This document shows, piece after piece, positions 25,401-36,930 of a DNA stretch of 64,000 nt. The notes below the pieces were generated by a model that was given only the letters and a program-made list of their open reading frames with translations, searched no databases and was not told where the DNA came from. Numbering within the stretch: the first letter of the stretch is position 1; each line of letters opens with the position of its first letter. The stretch is from NCBI GenBank assembly GCA_963575745.1, contig CAUYUJ010000002.1, forward strand, positions 1,178,001-1,242,000, given 5' to 3'. Both the position numbers and the translations under genes were made by a program. This stretch comes from Prorocentrum cordatum (lineage: Eukaryota).

Positions 25401-28160
25401 TTCTGTCCCCTAGGGTCAGCGCATCTCCCGCAGGCGCGGCCAAAGCCCCCAGTTCGCGGCCGGGTAGCGCGCCCCGCCCGGCGAGCCGCCCCCGCCGCCC
25501 GGCGCGCCAAAACTTCCTCCTGCCGGGCGGGCCGCCGCCCCCCATCGCCCCCATCGTCGAAGCCGGCGCCGGCGGCGGCCTCCCCCGGATGCTCGGATAC
25601 CCCGCCACCTCCCTCGCCACTCGCGGCAGAGAGCGGTCGATCAGACGGGTCGCCCTCTTCCGCGTCTTCGAGCAGGGCACCTGGAGGGGCGGCCCCAAGG
25701 GCTGCCTGCGCCGCGGCGGCCCCGGTCCAAGCTTGGAAGCTTCTGGCTTCGTCTTCCAGCGACTTCACTTCGTCGGCCATGATCATCTCAAGCTCTGCCT
25801 CGGCCCAGCGGTTGGACCGCCCCGCGTCGCCCCGCTGCTGGCGCTCGGCAATGCCCACCTCGATCGCGCCTCTCGGCGCGAGCCTCGCGCTTGCAGGTCG
25901 CATCGGCCATCGCGCTGCCTTGCGCCTCGCCCCCTTCTCCTGACGGGCGGGGGGGTCTTCCTCCGCCCCTCGACCCCCGGCCAGATTCGCAAACTTCTTT
26001 CCGGCAGCTGCCCGCGCCGCCGTCTCGGATCGCCTCCGCCATTCATCCTCGCTCGCCTTCTTGCGACGGAGCTCCTCCTTCTTCGTCGCGGCGTTGTGCC
26101 CTGTGTCCTTTCTCGATTCTACGGCGGGCGCGTCGGTCGCGTCTCGCTGCCGCCCGATTCCAATGGTCCTTGCGTCGCGCCCTGCGACCGGGCGCCCCAT
26201 CTGCGCGTTGCGCTTCGCTGCGTAAGCAACGCTCGACCGGTCGGCGAGTCGGCGCTCGCGTCGCGACGCTGCCGCCCGACGAAGCCGCCCTCGCACCCGC
26301 CCGTTGTGCCAGGGCTGCCGTGGCCGACGCCTGCCTGCAAATATTCGCATTATCAACTTGAGGCAACTGCGTTCTCGAGGGCTCAACGTTTCCGCGCGCG
26401 GCCTCGGCTTTCTCTTCCCGGTCAGAGGTCAAGGCTAGGAGCGCGTCCTGCTGTCCCGAGAAGCTCGCTCTGCCTGAACTCGAAACTGGCGTCTCTCTCT
26501 CGGCTCGGAAATCTCTGCCCCGCGGCTTCTGGCCGCAGTCTCGACCGCCCGAATTGCTTCCTCGGCCTCTCTCGCCCAGAAAGCCAGGGCCAGCGCCCCG
26601 CGCTCAGGCGGGCTTCGAGCTCTCCTGCTGCGGCAGACCCCATTCGATCCTCAGGTGCCTTGATTTCAGCCTTGGCTCGGATTTCGCCCGCCTCAGCCTG
26701 CTCGCTCTGTCGGCCCCATCTCTCAGGTTCTCCTCTCGAACTGCTTCGTGCTGCCGAGCGACCACCCGAGGTGCCTGTCTCACTGCATGGCAGTTGTGTT
26801 CCCTCTGGCTTATGCAGTTACTGCGCTGGCAAGTAGCGCTGCGCAATTCGCGAGGCCATGAGCGTGATTTCCACGCCGGACGGTTGCACTCGCCAGACTT
26901 TCCAAGCACCGATGCCCCGCGACGTCCGGGGCATCGAGCTGCAGGGTGCCAGCAACATCGCAAACTGGTATCCGATAGACCTTTAGATCTGGCAAGCGAA
27001 CACCGATCGCTCCTCGACAGCCTTTCTCAGAGCTGAGAACATACGCGCGGGATATGTATCGTTCCCGCCTCTGCGCTCTCACAGGAGTAGAAGGCAACTC
27101 TTGCCTTTTCCCGCGGAAATCGATGAGGCCGTCGGTCCTGCCATGGCGAACGTAACTATATCGGCGGCGACTTGGGACCGGCGGCGAGGCCATCTTCGCC
27201 CTCGCCCAAACCCCTGACTACCGCGGGGCAGTGGGTCGCCATCGACGTCGTCTCCAAAACTTCGTCTTCAATCTCGATGGATCTCTCCCTCCATAGTGTT
27301 AGCGCCATATGCCGGATCATTCGCGCCCGACTGCGCAATCATGTCGTCAGACAGCGACGAGGCCCCGCACCAAGTCCGAACGATACTCTTCCGGGGCTTC
27401 GTACGATTCTTAGTTGGTCCCCCGGCATTGACTGGGATATGGTGGAAACTTCCGGGTGCTGTTCCGTCTGCCGAAGGGATTCGCCTTCTCAAACGGAGGC
27501 TCCCTCGGGGTGGCGTGTTTCTTTCCTCGGGGTAATGAGATTGTTTCCTTCGGCGCCGACACCATCAACAACCGCTCTCTGGAAACATCAGCGAGCGGCT
27601 TATCGTGTTTCTCTGCATTCGCCTGCTCGCGTTGTAGCATGTGTGGCGATCGTGATGCGCAACATCCATCCCACTTGCGTCTGATAGCCAGTAGTTCATC
27701 AGAGAACTACCCCCCTGGCGATGGTGGAGCATAACTGCGACGTTCCTCTCCTAGCCCTGCCAGGGGATCCCGAGACGAGGATCTCGTAAACGGAAACTGC
27801 TCCATAGCGAAACTTATCGGGCACGTTACAATTTAAAGAAAGGAGTGCTACGCGCGCGGTGAGAGGAGGGGCGCGCGCACCTTTGTCCGAACGCGAACTG
27901 CTTCAGCACCTGTATCATATTTAGCCAAACGCCCGCAGTGTCGGACGAGTGGAGGTCAAGAACAGGAACGGTAGGAACGACTGTATGTCCTCAGTCCTTT
28001 TCTGCGTTCCTCCTCCCCTTTCTTCTTAATTTTTCCTTCGTTTCCGCATGCCCCTCCTCGATATTCCTCCTTCTTCTCCTCCTCCTCCTCCTCCTCCTCC
28101 TCTTCCTCCTCGTCAGCCCCCCAGTTTGAGCGCAAGGCAGCGTTCATGGACCCTGTCTGC

Positions 28161-28227
28161 CTTCAGGTCGTCTACGCTGGCCCCTGCGACGATGGAGACC
28201 TGGAACGTGTCCTCCTCCACGCCCATC
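28161..28227 (-). CDS. Host ubiquitin-like-domain gene, exon A (MGVEEDTFQVSIVAGASVDDLK)
   Basis: Acceptor cgacccccag|G, donor AAG|GCAGAC; GC3-rich; FQVSIVAGASVDDLK resembles ubiquitin-fold strand 2 and the helix start. Confidence 0.75.
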
Positions 28228-29294
28228 CTGGGGGTCGGGTGGACACTGGAACATCCGAAAAAAATCGCATAAACATACTTGTTCGAAGGTCCGAGCACGG
28301 CTCGGCTCTTGAATCGGCGATGGATCCCCCATCCCTGGCGCGCGGAGCGCGCCGGGGCAGCGCCAGGGGGCGCCCAGCGCCGGTCCGAGAAAGCCGCGTG
28401 GACCTCCAAAGTTTTCCTTGGGATGCGAATATCGATCCCGCCGCCGTTAACCGTACCAGTCAGAACAATACATTGGTTGCAGAGGTTGGAAGCCGCCGAC
28501 CAATGTCGCTAGCACCACGGCAAAGTAAGTAATGCTTCTACATATGCTTCTAGAGGTGTTCCTCTTCTCGAGGTTATGCTGGTGCATGTTGCCTCTTCGA
28601 TCAGACCCCTCCTCTCCCGCTGTCTGGGGGGAGAGGGAGGAGGAGTAGGAGTAGGAGGAGGAGGAGGAGGAGGAAGCTCCTCTTCTCAAGGTTATGTTGA
28701 CACATTGCTCCTCTTCGGACATACCTCCCCCGTCCTTCGACAGTGGGGGAAGATACAACGCTCTGTGGTAGGCGTGCATCGTTTCCCACACATCACGTCC
28801 AACCCACGGTGCGCTTGCGTGTTCACGACCTGTGATCGCCGACTTGGCTCAACGCAAAACATATGCTGAGGCTGCTGCTGCTGCTGCTGGTGCTGGTGCT
28901 ACAGCTGGTAACGGAACAGTGGCTACGCCGGGCGGCTATGGGTGGCGACAGGGGCCGCGAAGGCCCAGCCCGGTCGCCGCTCGCGCACCCCCTGGCCGGC
29001 GCACGGCTGGCGCCAGTGGAGCGGCGCCGTCCACGGCAAGGCGAGATGCCGGCAGCAAATGACGGGCGGCACGAAAAAGGCTTCGGCGGCGCTGCACTGT
29101 CGAGCCGCGCTGACGGCGCTCACGGAGGCCAGGCTGGCGAAGCGCCGGCGGTCCCGACGGCAGCAGCAACAGCAGCAGCAGCAACGACGACGGCAGCGGC
29201 GGAGCCCAGCCCAGAGCTGACCCTGACGAGCCCAAGGCCCAAGAGCTGAATGACTTCGTGGCGGGGACAAGCCGTGAGACTATGACAGCGGCAC

Positions 29295-29357
29295 CTGAAG
29301 CCACGGCCGCGGAGGTCCAGAAAAACCAAGGATGACGGCGATAAGCAGTCCACCGAC
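29295..29357 (-). CDS. Possible upstream exon of the ubiquitin-like gene (...SSLVFLDLRGRGF-R)
   Basis: The AG|GT donor at 29295 is in the phase needed by exon A and VFLDLRG could be strand 1; the 5' boundary is a guess. Confidence 0.3.
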
Positions 29358-29594
29358 CTTTTGCAGCATGCGCTGGACCGCGCAGCCGCGGCAACGGCGC
29401 CACAGGCTGCCCAAGATAGTCGGTGGAATACGAGATTGAAAATTATCCCGGCAAAGCAACCTAACAGCGATGTGTATAAGCATATCTGGAAGCATTCCCC
29501 TTAAGATTCAGGTGAGACTCCAGTTGTAGAATTCTGCTGTTCTCGCAGTCGCAGTCGCATACGCAATGACAGTCGCAGTGGCAACGGCCTTAGG

Positions 29595-29853
29595 ACCCAA
29601 TGGAATCCCAAGGATTCCTAAGGGATTCCTAAGGCATCCGTAGGCATCCTTAAGAATCCATCGGAATCCTTAGGACACCTTATGAATCCTTAGGAATCTT
29701 GATTCCTAGGGATTCATGGGGATTCCTAAGGATTCCTAGGGAATCCTAAGGGTTCCAGAGGATGCTTAACTATGCCTACGGATTCCCAAGGATGCCTACG
29801 GATTCCTAAGGAGTCCTAGGGATTCCTATGCATTACAATGGATTCCTACGGAT
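29595..29853. repeat. Degenerate ~10-bp GGATTCCTA(A/G/C) tandem repeat, partly in inverted orientation
   Basis: Repeated ggattcctaa/ggaatcctta units. Confidence 0.8.
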
Positions 29854-30762
29854 GCCTCAGCCTGCCTCAGTTTCAGCCTCAGCCTCAGACTGCCTCGGCT
29901 TGCCTCAGCCTCAGCCTCAGCCTGCCTCGGCCTCAGCCTCAGCCTGCCTCAGCCTCAGCCTCAGCCTGCCTCGGCCTCAGCCTGCGTCAGCCTCAGCCTC
30001 AGCCTCAGCCTGCCTCAGCCTCAGCCTCAGCCTCAGCCTCAGCCTCAGCCTGCCTCGGCCTCAGCCTCAGCCTCAGCCTCAGCCTGCCTCAGCCTCAGCC
30101 TGCCTCGGCCTCAGCCTGCCTCAGCCTCCCCTCCTCCCCCCCCATTCAGCCTCACCTTGTCTCAGCTTCGGCCTGCCTCGGCCTCAGCCTCAGCCTCAGC
30201 CTCAGCTCAGCCTCAGCCTATCTCGGCCTGAGCCTGCCTCGGCCTCAGCCTCAGCCTGCCTCAGCTTCAGCCTGCCTCAGCCTCAGCCTCAGCCTGTCTC
30301 AGCCTCAGTCTGCCTCAGCCTCAGCCTCAGCCTCAGCCTCAGCCTGCCTCGGCTTGCCTCGGCCTCAGCCTCAGCCTGCCTCGGCCTCAGCCTCAGCCTC
30401 AGCCTCAGCCTCAGCCAGCCTCAGCCTCAGCCTGCAGCCAGCCTCAGCCTCAGCCTCAGCCTCAGCCTCAGCCTGCAGCCTCAGCCTCAGCCTCAGCCTC
30501 AGCCTAGCCTCAGCCTGCCTCAGCCTCAGCCTCAGCCTCAGCCTCAGCCTCAGCCTCAGCCTCAGCAGCCTCAGCCTCAGTCTCAGCCTGCCTCAGCCTC
30601 TGCCTCAGCCTCAGCCTCAGCCTCCCTCGGCCCTCAGCTTCAGCCTGCCTCAGCCTCAGCCTCAGCCTGCCTCAGCCTCAGCCTCAGCCTGCCTCGGCGT
30701 GCCTCAGCCTCAGCCTCAGCCTGCCTCGGCCTCAGCCTGCCTCGGCCTCAGCCTGCCTCAGC
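29854..30762. repeat. (CCTCAG)n hexamer satellite
   Basis: Direct reading; gives rise to the spurious PQPQ/SLSL/ASAS ORFs. Confidence 0.97.
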
Positions 30763-30764
30763 TC

Positions 30765-31122
30765 GGGCATTCAAAATATGGCACATGTCTGGTGTTATGG
30801 GAACACGAAGATCACGAAGTGGCCCGCAGTTGGCTCTGGGCAATCAAAATGTGGTACAGGAATGGTGTTCAGGGAACACGAAGAGCACGAAGTGGCCTAC
30901 AGCTGGCTCCGGGCATTCAAAATGTGGCCTGGGAATGGTGTTCTGGGAACACGAAGAACACGAAGTGGCCTACAGTTGGCTCCGGGCATTCAAAATGTGG
31001 CCTGGGAATGGTGTTCTGGGAGCACGAAGAACACGAAGTGGCCTACAGTTGGCTCCGGGCATTCTAAATGTGGCCTGGGAATGGTGTTCTGGTTCAAAAT
31101 GTGGCCTGGGAGTAATGTTCTG
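30765..31122. repeat. 73-bp tandem repeat, ~4.5 copies
   Basis: GGGCAWTC starts at 30765, 30838, 30911, 30984 and 31057 (73-bp period). Confidence 0.92.
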
Positions 31123-31323
31123 GGGAGTCCCTGGTTTCCCGAGGGTTTCCCGGGGCACCCTGTCCGGATCCCGCCCAGACCCCCCTGGGGAGTGATGATG
31201 CTCTCTTTTGACCCTACTAGAAACCTATCAGTCTTCGCTGTTAGGTAAATCTCAAAGACAGACGCGCGGCAAGGCAACAGGGGGTGGTGGCACAGTTCCC
31301 GATGGAATGGGTCGTCCCACTGC

Positions 31324-31850
31324 GTGAAAGGCTACTACTCCGACCACCCCTGCGCGGCCAGGCTGGAGCCACTACGTGCAGTGGCGAAACACATTGAAGA
31401 GATGCGACAACGGAGCAATTGTACCAGTTTGGCGGCGCGGCGAGAAATTAGTACGTTACGTTGTTCACTTGGAGTATACCAGCGCGCTTTGATGGTATCC
31501 CTGAAATAGCGCTGACTAGCGACGCCTGGATCGACACCCCGTTTCTCGGTTGCGTGGACCTCATGGTCGGAAAAAGCGAGGGCAACCGGCTCAGGCGTTC
31601 GGGGGAACAACAAACTCCTTTCGAAGCAGCTCGGCACTGTAAAGCCTCACTCAGTCCGTGGCACGACGAGCGCCCCACTTCATCGAGGCTGAGCCGAAGG
31701 ACTTCTGGCTTCCTGCAAAGATGAATGGTTTGATGTTAGAAGAAGGGTCCCAAGTGACCGCTCAAGGGATGCAGCATCCGAGAACGCTGACCGTCGGTAG
31801 GCTTGATTCTGAAAATGCAGCGTGGGCCTTACGCCGGATGGACGCCAACG
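31324..31850 (+). pseudogene. Probable LTR-retrotransposon gag relic
   Basis: Broken frames ending FWLPAKMNGLMLEEGSQVTAQGMQHPRTLTVGRLDSENAAWALRRMD, a gag-like helical segment upstream of the protease relic at 33719. Confidence 0.35.
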
Positions 31851-33718
31851 GGTCGGATAATGTGGAATGTACGAGGGCAACTGTATGGAAAAGAGAGGCA
31901 CGACGCTGGCCATCGCTCGGACGTCCATTCCCTGTGTTTTTGTCGGTTTTGTGCGTGTTTTTTCTCGCCAAATGATCAAGGATGCTCCTTGATGGCCCTC
32001 GCAGAAAGAAAAATGCACACTTCCGAGCGATGCCAAGGACGTACGAGTAGGGGGGCCCGTGCTACAAGAGAGCACGTTCTCTCTCCTTTTACGGGGGCCC
32101 GGGCGCGCCCGTCGCCTGCCCGCGCCAGATGACGCAAGGGCCCTGCGAGCCACAACGGCGGCACACAAGGGAGGTGGGACGGAGGCGAAGGAGGAGGAGA
32201 GGCTGAAATACGCAGGACAAGCACAGAGAAACTCTTTCGCGGCAGGTCCTCTGTCCCTGCTAGCAGGCATCGGCACCGACGCCGAGGAGCGCGGTGACGG
32301 CACGCAGGGTGTCCTCACTCTTCCTACCCCACTGATCGGTGAAAGGCAGGCGAGCCCAAAATCGAATCGACTAACTGGATCGGCGATCGAAATTAATCGG
32401 ACCCGCGGAAATCGGCAGCCGAGTGGGGAGAAGCCGCATCGGCGGAAATCGGCAGGCCAGCGGGCCTCCGATGAGAAATCGGAGCCCAAGTCGGAATCAC
32501 ACGTCGAACCGAATCGGAGTCGGAAGCCATCGAAATTGAATCCAACCGAATCGGCGGAATCGGAACGAGCCCTGCAGAGGTCGACGGCTCAGAGGATTAC
32601 TGCGAAAGCTACGACTACGAGGACCTGGACGTACAGAGGAGCTTGACGCAAGCGACGACGCAGCTGCCCTGCTGAGATCGACGAGGCGAGGGCGATGATA
32701 GAGTCCAGGTCCAACCAGAGGACGTGGAAATCGGCGGCGAGCGACCGGGGGGGGGAAGTGAGAAGGAGGCGGCCTTCTCAGAAGGCTCGGAAACCGCTTG
32801 CCTTCTGAGAAATTGTTTGAGTCCTACGCTGGAACATGAAGAACCTCTGAGAGGGCCGGAGGGCTTCCGAGAAGTCCCGCAGCTTTCTGAGAGGGCCTTC
32901 CCCTTCTTATCTCACTCCCCTCGCTCGCCGCCGATCAAGGGAGCTGCTACGAAAGACAAAGAAGACACTGAGGCGGAGGACGTGTCTGTGGATCCCGGAG
33001 CCTCCGCTCCTCGTCCACCTCGGCCCGCGGGCAGTCGTGACCAGGGCGGTGGCCGAGGCAAAGGTCGAGGCTGGGGCAGGGGACGGCCCCGTCTCTCCAT
33101 CGAGCAGCTCATGAGACGAAGCCAAGACGGGGATAACATCGGGTAAGGATGAATCGAGAATCTCTGAGGTCCAGCGGCTCTGGACGATGCCTCGGGCGCC
33201 GCGGCCTTCCCAGAGCGTTCCGGAATACCCTGTGAGCGCTTTGGAACGCTCTGGAACGGATTTACCCTCGTCCTGGCCCCGTCGGCCCCGCCTGCAAGCA
33301 GAAGGGTCACTCTGGCACTGCGAGCAGCTATCTGGACAACAAGAAACCGCAGAAGGACGAACGCCGGGCTCTCTCCGGCTGCACCTTCGCCGGGCACTCC
33401 GCCTCCTGCCTCTCCGGGCGCACGCTGAGCTCGCCGACTGGCGAGCGCAGCACCCGAGAGAGGCTGGAGGACCCTGGCAAGGCCGAAACCTAGCTCTTTG
33501 GAGTCCCGGAACGGTGAGGTGACAGACCGTGCGGTGACCTCGAACTCCCCCAAGACCTCACCGCACGGTCCGTCAACCCACGGTTTCGGGACCTCGGATG
33601 CCCCAATTCGCCCGAGACTTCCTCGGAGAAAGGCCCGGGTGCCAAAACCGTGCGGTGACCCCGAATCTCCACCGACTCACCAAACGGTGTGGTCACCACC
33701 TCGTTTGGGGGACCCTGG

Positions 33719-34050
33719 TCTACCCAGGGCCTGATCGACCCCGGAGCGCGAAACGACCTGGTGGGCCTGGCGGCTCTCAACCGAGAGCCGCACGCACTGG
33801 CGGCCGTCGGCATGAGGCTCGAGCGGCTCGAGATAATCCCGAAGGAGCAGCAACATCCGCTTGAAGCCCACGGGGTCGGGCGGCCAGCCCGAGTGATTGG
33901 ATCCATGTTGTTTCCCATGTGTCTCGGCGGTGTCCTCGGCGCGGTGGAGACCACAGTCCGGGAGGACGACGTGCCTCACATCATCAGCGCGAATGGTTTG
34001 GACTTTCGTGAGTGCGCGATCGACCTTCCAAAAAACCTGATGGCGGAGTG
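33719..34050 (+). pseudogene. Retropepsin-like aspartic protease relic of an LTR retrotransposon
   Basis: GLIDPGARNDLVG (degenerate D-T/S-G-A), flap AHGVG, and DVPHII...IDL pattern. Confidence 0.6.
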
Positions 34051-34639
34051 TCGGGGCGGAGTGCCGTTTGAACCATCGTGGGTCGGGACATCGCATGGCA
34101 GACATTATCCAGCATGTACGGATGCCGCTGAAGATCCTTCAATCTGCCCAAGCGTTACCCGTTTTTGTCGCACGACGCTTTTGTGCATCAGGGAGGTGGC
34201 CTCCCGAGTTGTTGAATTCCGGAGCTGTGCTGAAGTACATGGCTCTCCTTTCTCTCTCCCTCGCGTTCCTCAAGGCGTCCTTCCTTACGAGCGTCTAGGA
34301 GGAGCATACACCGGCATCGTCGGAACACAACGTGCAGCTCGAGAGGGCCTTCAAGGGGATTATGTTGGGTCTTCTCGTCGCGCACCTAGGGGTCTTCAGG
34401 TCAAGAGCTCAGTCAGCACCCGCCATCGCAATGCGGGGCTTCGGGTCTGGGCCAAGCGATAAAGACTACAAGGCAAGTCTGTCGAGAGAACGATACGTGG
34501 CACCCCCGAGACTGGTTCTTCCTGTAGCTGGTGGCTCAAGCTTCAGGGCCGGCGCGGCGGAAGCGGACCGGCCGCGGGCGGCTTCGCCAGCGGAGCCTGC
34601 GCCCGAGGAGCGCCCGCACCCGGTGGCTCGCCACGACGC

Positions 34640-34955
34640 GGCGCTCTTCGCGTCGTTGCAGAGCCCGGCGGAGGAGCTGAGCTCTAAGTCGCGGGCGCGA
34701 CCGTCAACCATCTAGGCCAAGCCGCAACTGAGCTGGCCCACGCTCGGCGACAGCGACTTTGACGTTGACACCTTCCTCGGGGACTTCGAGGAAACGGTCG
34801 GGCTGGCCAACGACGGGCGCAGCACGGACCCGAAAGAGACGGTGCGAGTCCTGAGCGCGTGCCTGGAGGGCCCCAGGACGCGCGCCTACCGTGGGGAGCT
34901 CTGGGCGGCCAGGCGCATGAGCCAGCTGGATCAGGACGCCGACGGCGTCTACAAG
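34640..34955 (+). pseudogene. Retrotransposon gag N-terminal relic
   Basis: STI*AKPQLSWPTLGDSDFDVDTFLGDFEETVGLAND...VRVLSACLEGPRTRAY matches the capsid pattern F..FE...L.G.A..Y; has an in-frame stop and is truncated. Confidence 0.55.
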
Positions 34956-35125
34956 GGGGGGTGGCCGTTCCACCGCCCTGTTCCACTGGCACTGGTCCTG
35001 GTTCCACAGGGGGTGTTCGTTTCGCCAAGGCCCCAGGAGACACGCTGCACAACCCAGGCTGCACAACACATTGCGCACGACACAGACTGCACCACAGGGA
35101 TTGCACAACAAAGGTCGCACCACCT

Positions 35126-35147
35126 ATATACATACACATGCAGGTAT

Positions 35148-35185
<38 letters not shown>

Positions 35186-35278
35186 ATATATGTGTATATA
35201 TACATATATTCATATACATACACACGAAAAGGTGTGTATATATTTAAATGGATGTTGTTGTATAATCATTATATATAG
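35126..35278. repeat. (TA)n-rich microsatellite
   Basis: Direct reading. Confidence 0.9.
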
Positions 35279-36894
35279 AAAACCAAAAAAACGGACTCCA
35301 CCCCACCCGGATAATCGACGGCACCCCATTTCGTATTACAATTTACATGCGATTCAGGCCCATCGTCCATCCGAAAAACGAATCCGGACCATCCCAGCCA
35401 GGCCTGTATCAACCCCTCTGTCATCGTCAGCAGAAAAAGAACACTACGCGCGCGAACTCGTTTATCAAACGTATCAAATTGTCAGGAATCGTTTGAAAAA
35501 GCGGGTCCAAGTGCACAAGCGCGCGTCGCTGCGCGCGCATGCCGACATCCTTCAAAAACCTTCGGTTTTCGAGCGTCAAAATTCATATAAGAAGAGAAGG
35601 CTTCCGAAACACGAAATTTCAAATGAAAACGTGCGCGCGCGTTCTTGCGAATTCTTACGAACACCATAAGCATTCGTCGGAATTTGCGGAACACGCTACC
35701 GAACGGCTTCGCGCGCGCATGTCGAAGTCGTTCGAACGCCCTTGCGCGCGCGCCGTCACGACAATCCTTGACATTAAATGGGACGAAATGCTCGCGCGCG
35801 CGTCGTCGCGCGCGCACGCCACAATCCGTCAACCACCGGCGGATTCGTAACGATTTCAAAACCGGATGTCCAAAAAACGTGCAAACACAGACGGCTTCGC
35901 AACATCAGTGTTCAAAAAAGCGCGCACTCGCGTTCCTGCACATTCTTATAACAAAAACATCGTTCCTTCAACACGTCCATGGAATTCTGCCAAACGGGCC
36001 TCTGGCGCCGCATGCCGACATCATTCGCACGCCCTCGCGCGCGTGCTAAGGCACGGTCCGTGTCAAATAAAACCATGCGGGCCACTCTCGCGCGTTGGCC
36101 GCGCTGGCATGTCGAACTCTTTCCAAAACCTTCATCACCGACGCGAGGACGCCGTCATCGTCGCCGGCGTGATCAGCATTGACGCCCGCACTGGCCGCAC
36201 CTTCGTCGGTGTCAACATCGTCACCAGCATCGTTACGAGTATCATCGTGCCTTCCCTTGTCGACGTTGACATGATACCGCGCCCGCCCAAGCCGCCGACC
36301 CGCAGTGAAGTGCCCGCTGGGATGTGCCCAGCGGTCAGCGCCACCGCGGCCGCGTCGGTGGCGCCAAACTAGCTGGCCGCTGCGCGGCCGTGCTAGGTTT
36401 GGCGGGGACGCGGAGATGCACCAGCCAACCCCAAGCATGGATCGCAATCGCCACCGCATGGGTGGGTGGGTGGGTGGGTGGGTGGGATGTTCGCAAGTCT
36501 GTGGGATATGTTAACTAGTTTGTGAAAATCACTTGCACAACATATGTTGCGTCGCAGATAACTTTTGCACCACACAAACGTATGTGTACATGTGCATGTT
36601 TCATATCGCCCCGCATCTTCTTCACGACATGTATGACTAAAAACAAGCGGTTGGGTCCCCGATGGCCAACACCTTGGAGTACGCTCTTACATGATTCGTT
36701 TATGCTTATACATCGGGCGTGCTGCGTGAGGCCTCACGCTCTCTGGTTGCCAAGCGTACTCCTGCGCGTGCGTTTGCCCTGCAAATCTCGGGCCCTGTGG
36801 AAAAGGGCCCCTCTCTCCTTTCTTTCGCCCAGCGCGTGAGCATGCGTGCGTATCTCCAACATGTGTTCTCTCTCACTCGCTTTCGCTCTGGATA

Positions 36895-36930
<36 letters not shown>

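Noticed and set aside
30765..31122. CRISPR-like regular array
   Set aside because: Whole 73-bp units repeat with no unique spacers, there are no cas genes and the context is eukaryotic. The same applies to the 30-bp arrays at 40906-41722.
29828..31195. 455/409-aa ORFs
   Set aside because: They derive from the (CCTCAG)n satellite and the 73-bp tandem repeat.
34521..34540. SL-like word CCTGTAGCTGGTGGCTCAAG upstream of a gag relic
   Set aside because: Only TGGCTCAAG and GTAGC match and the CATTTT core is missing, so it is too degenerate to call, although the position is suggestive.
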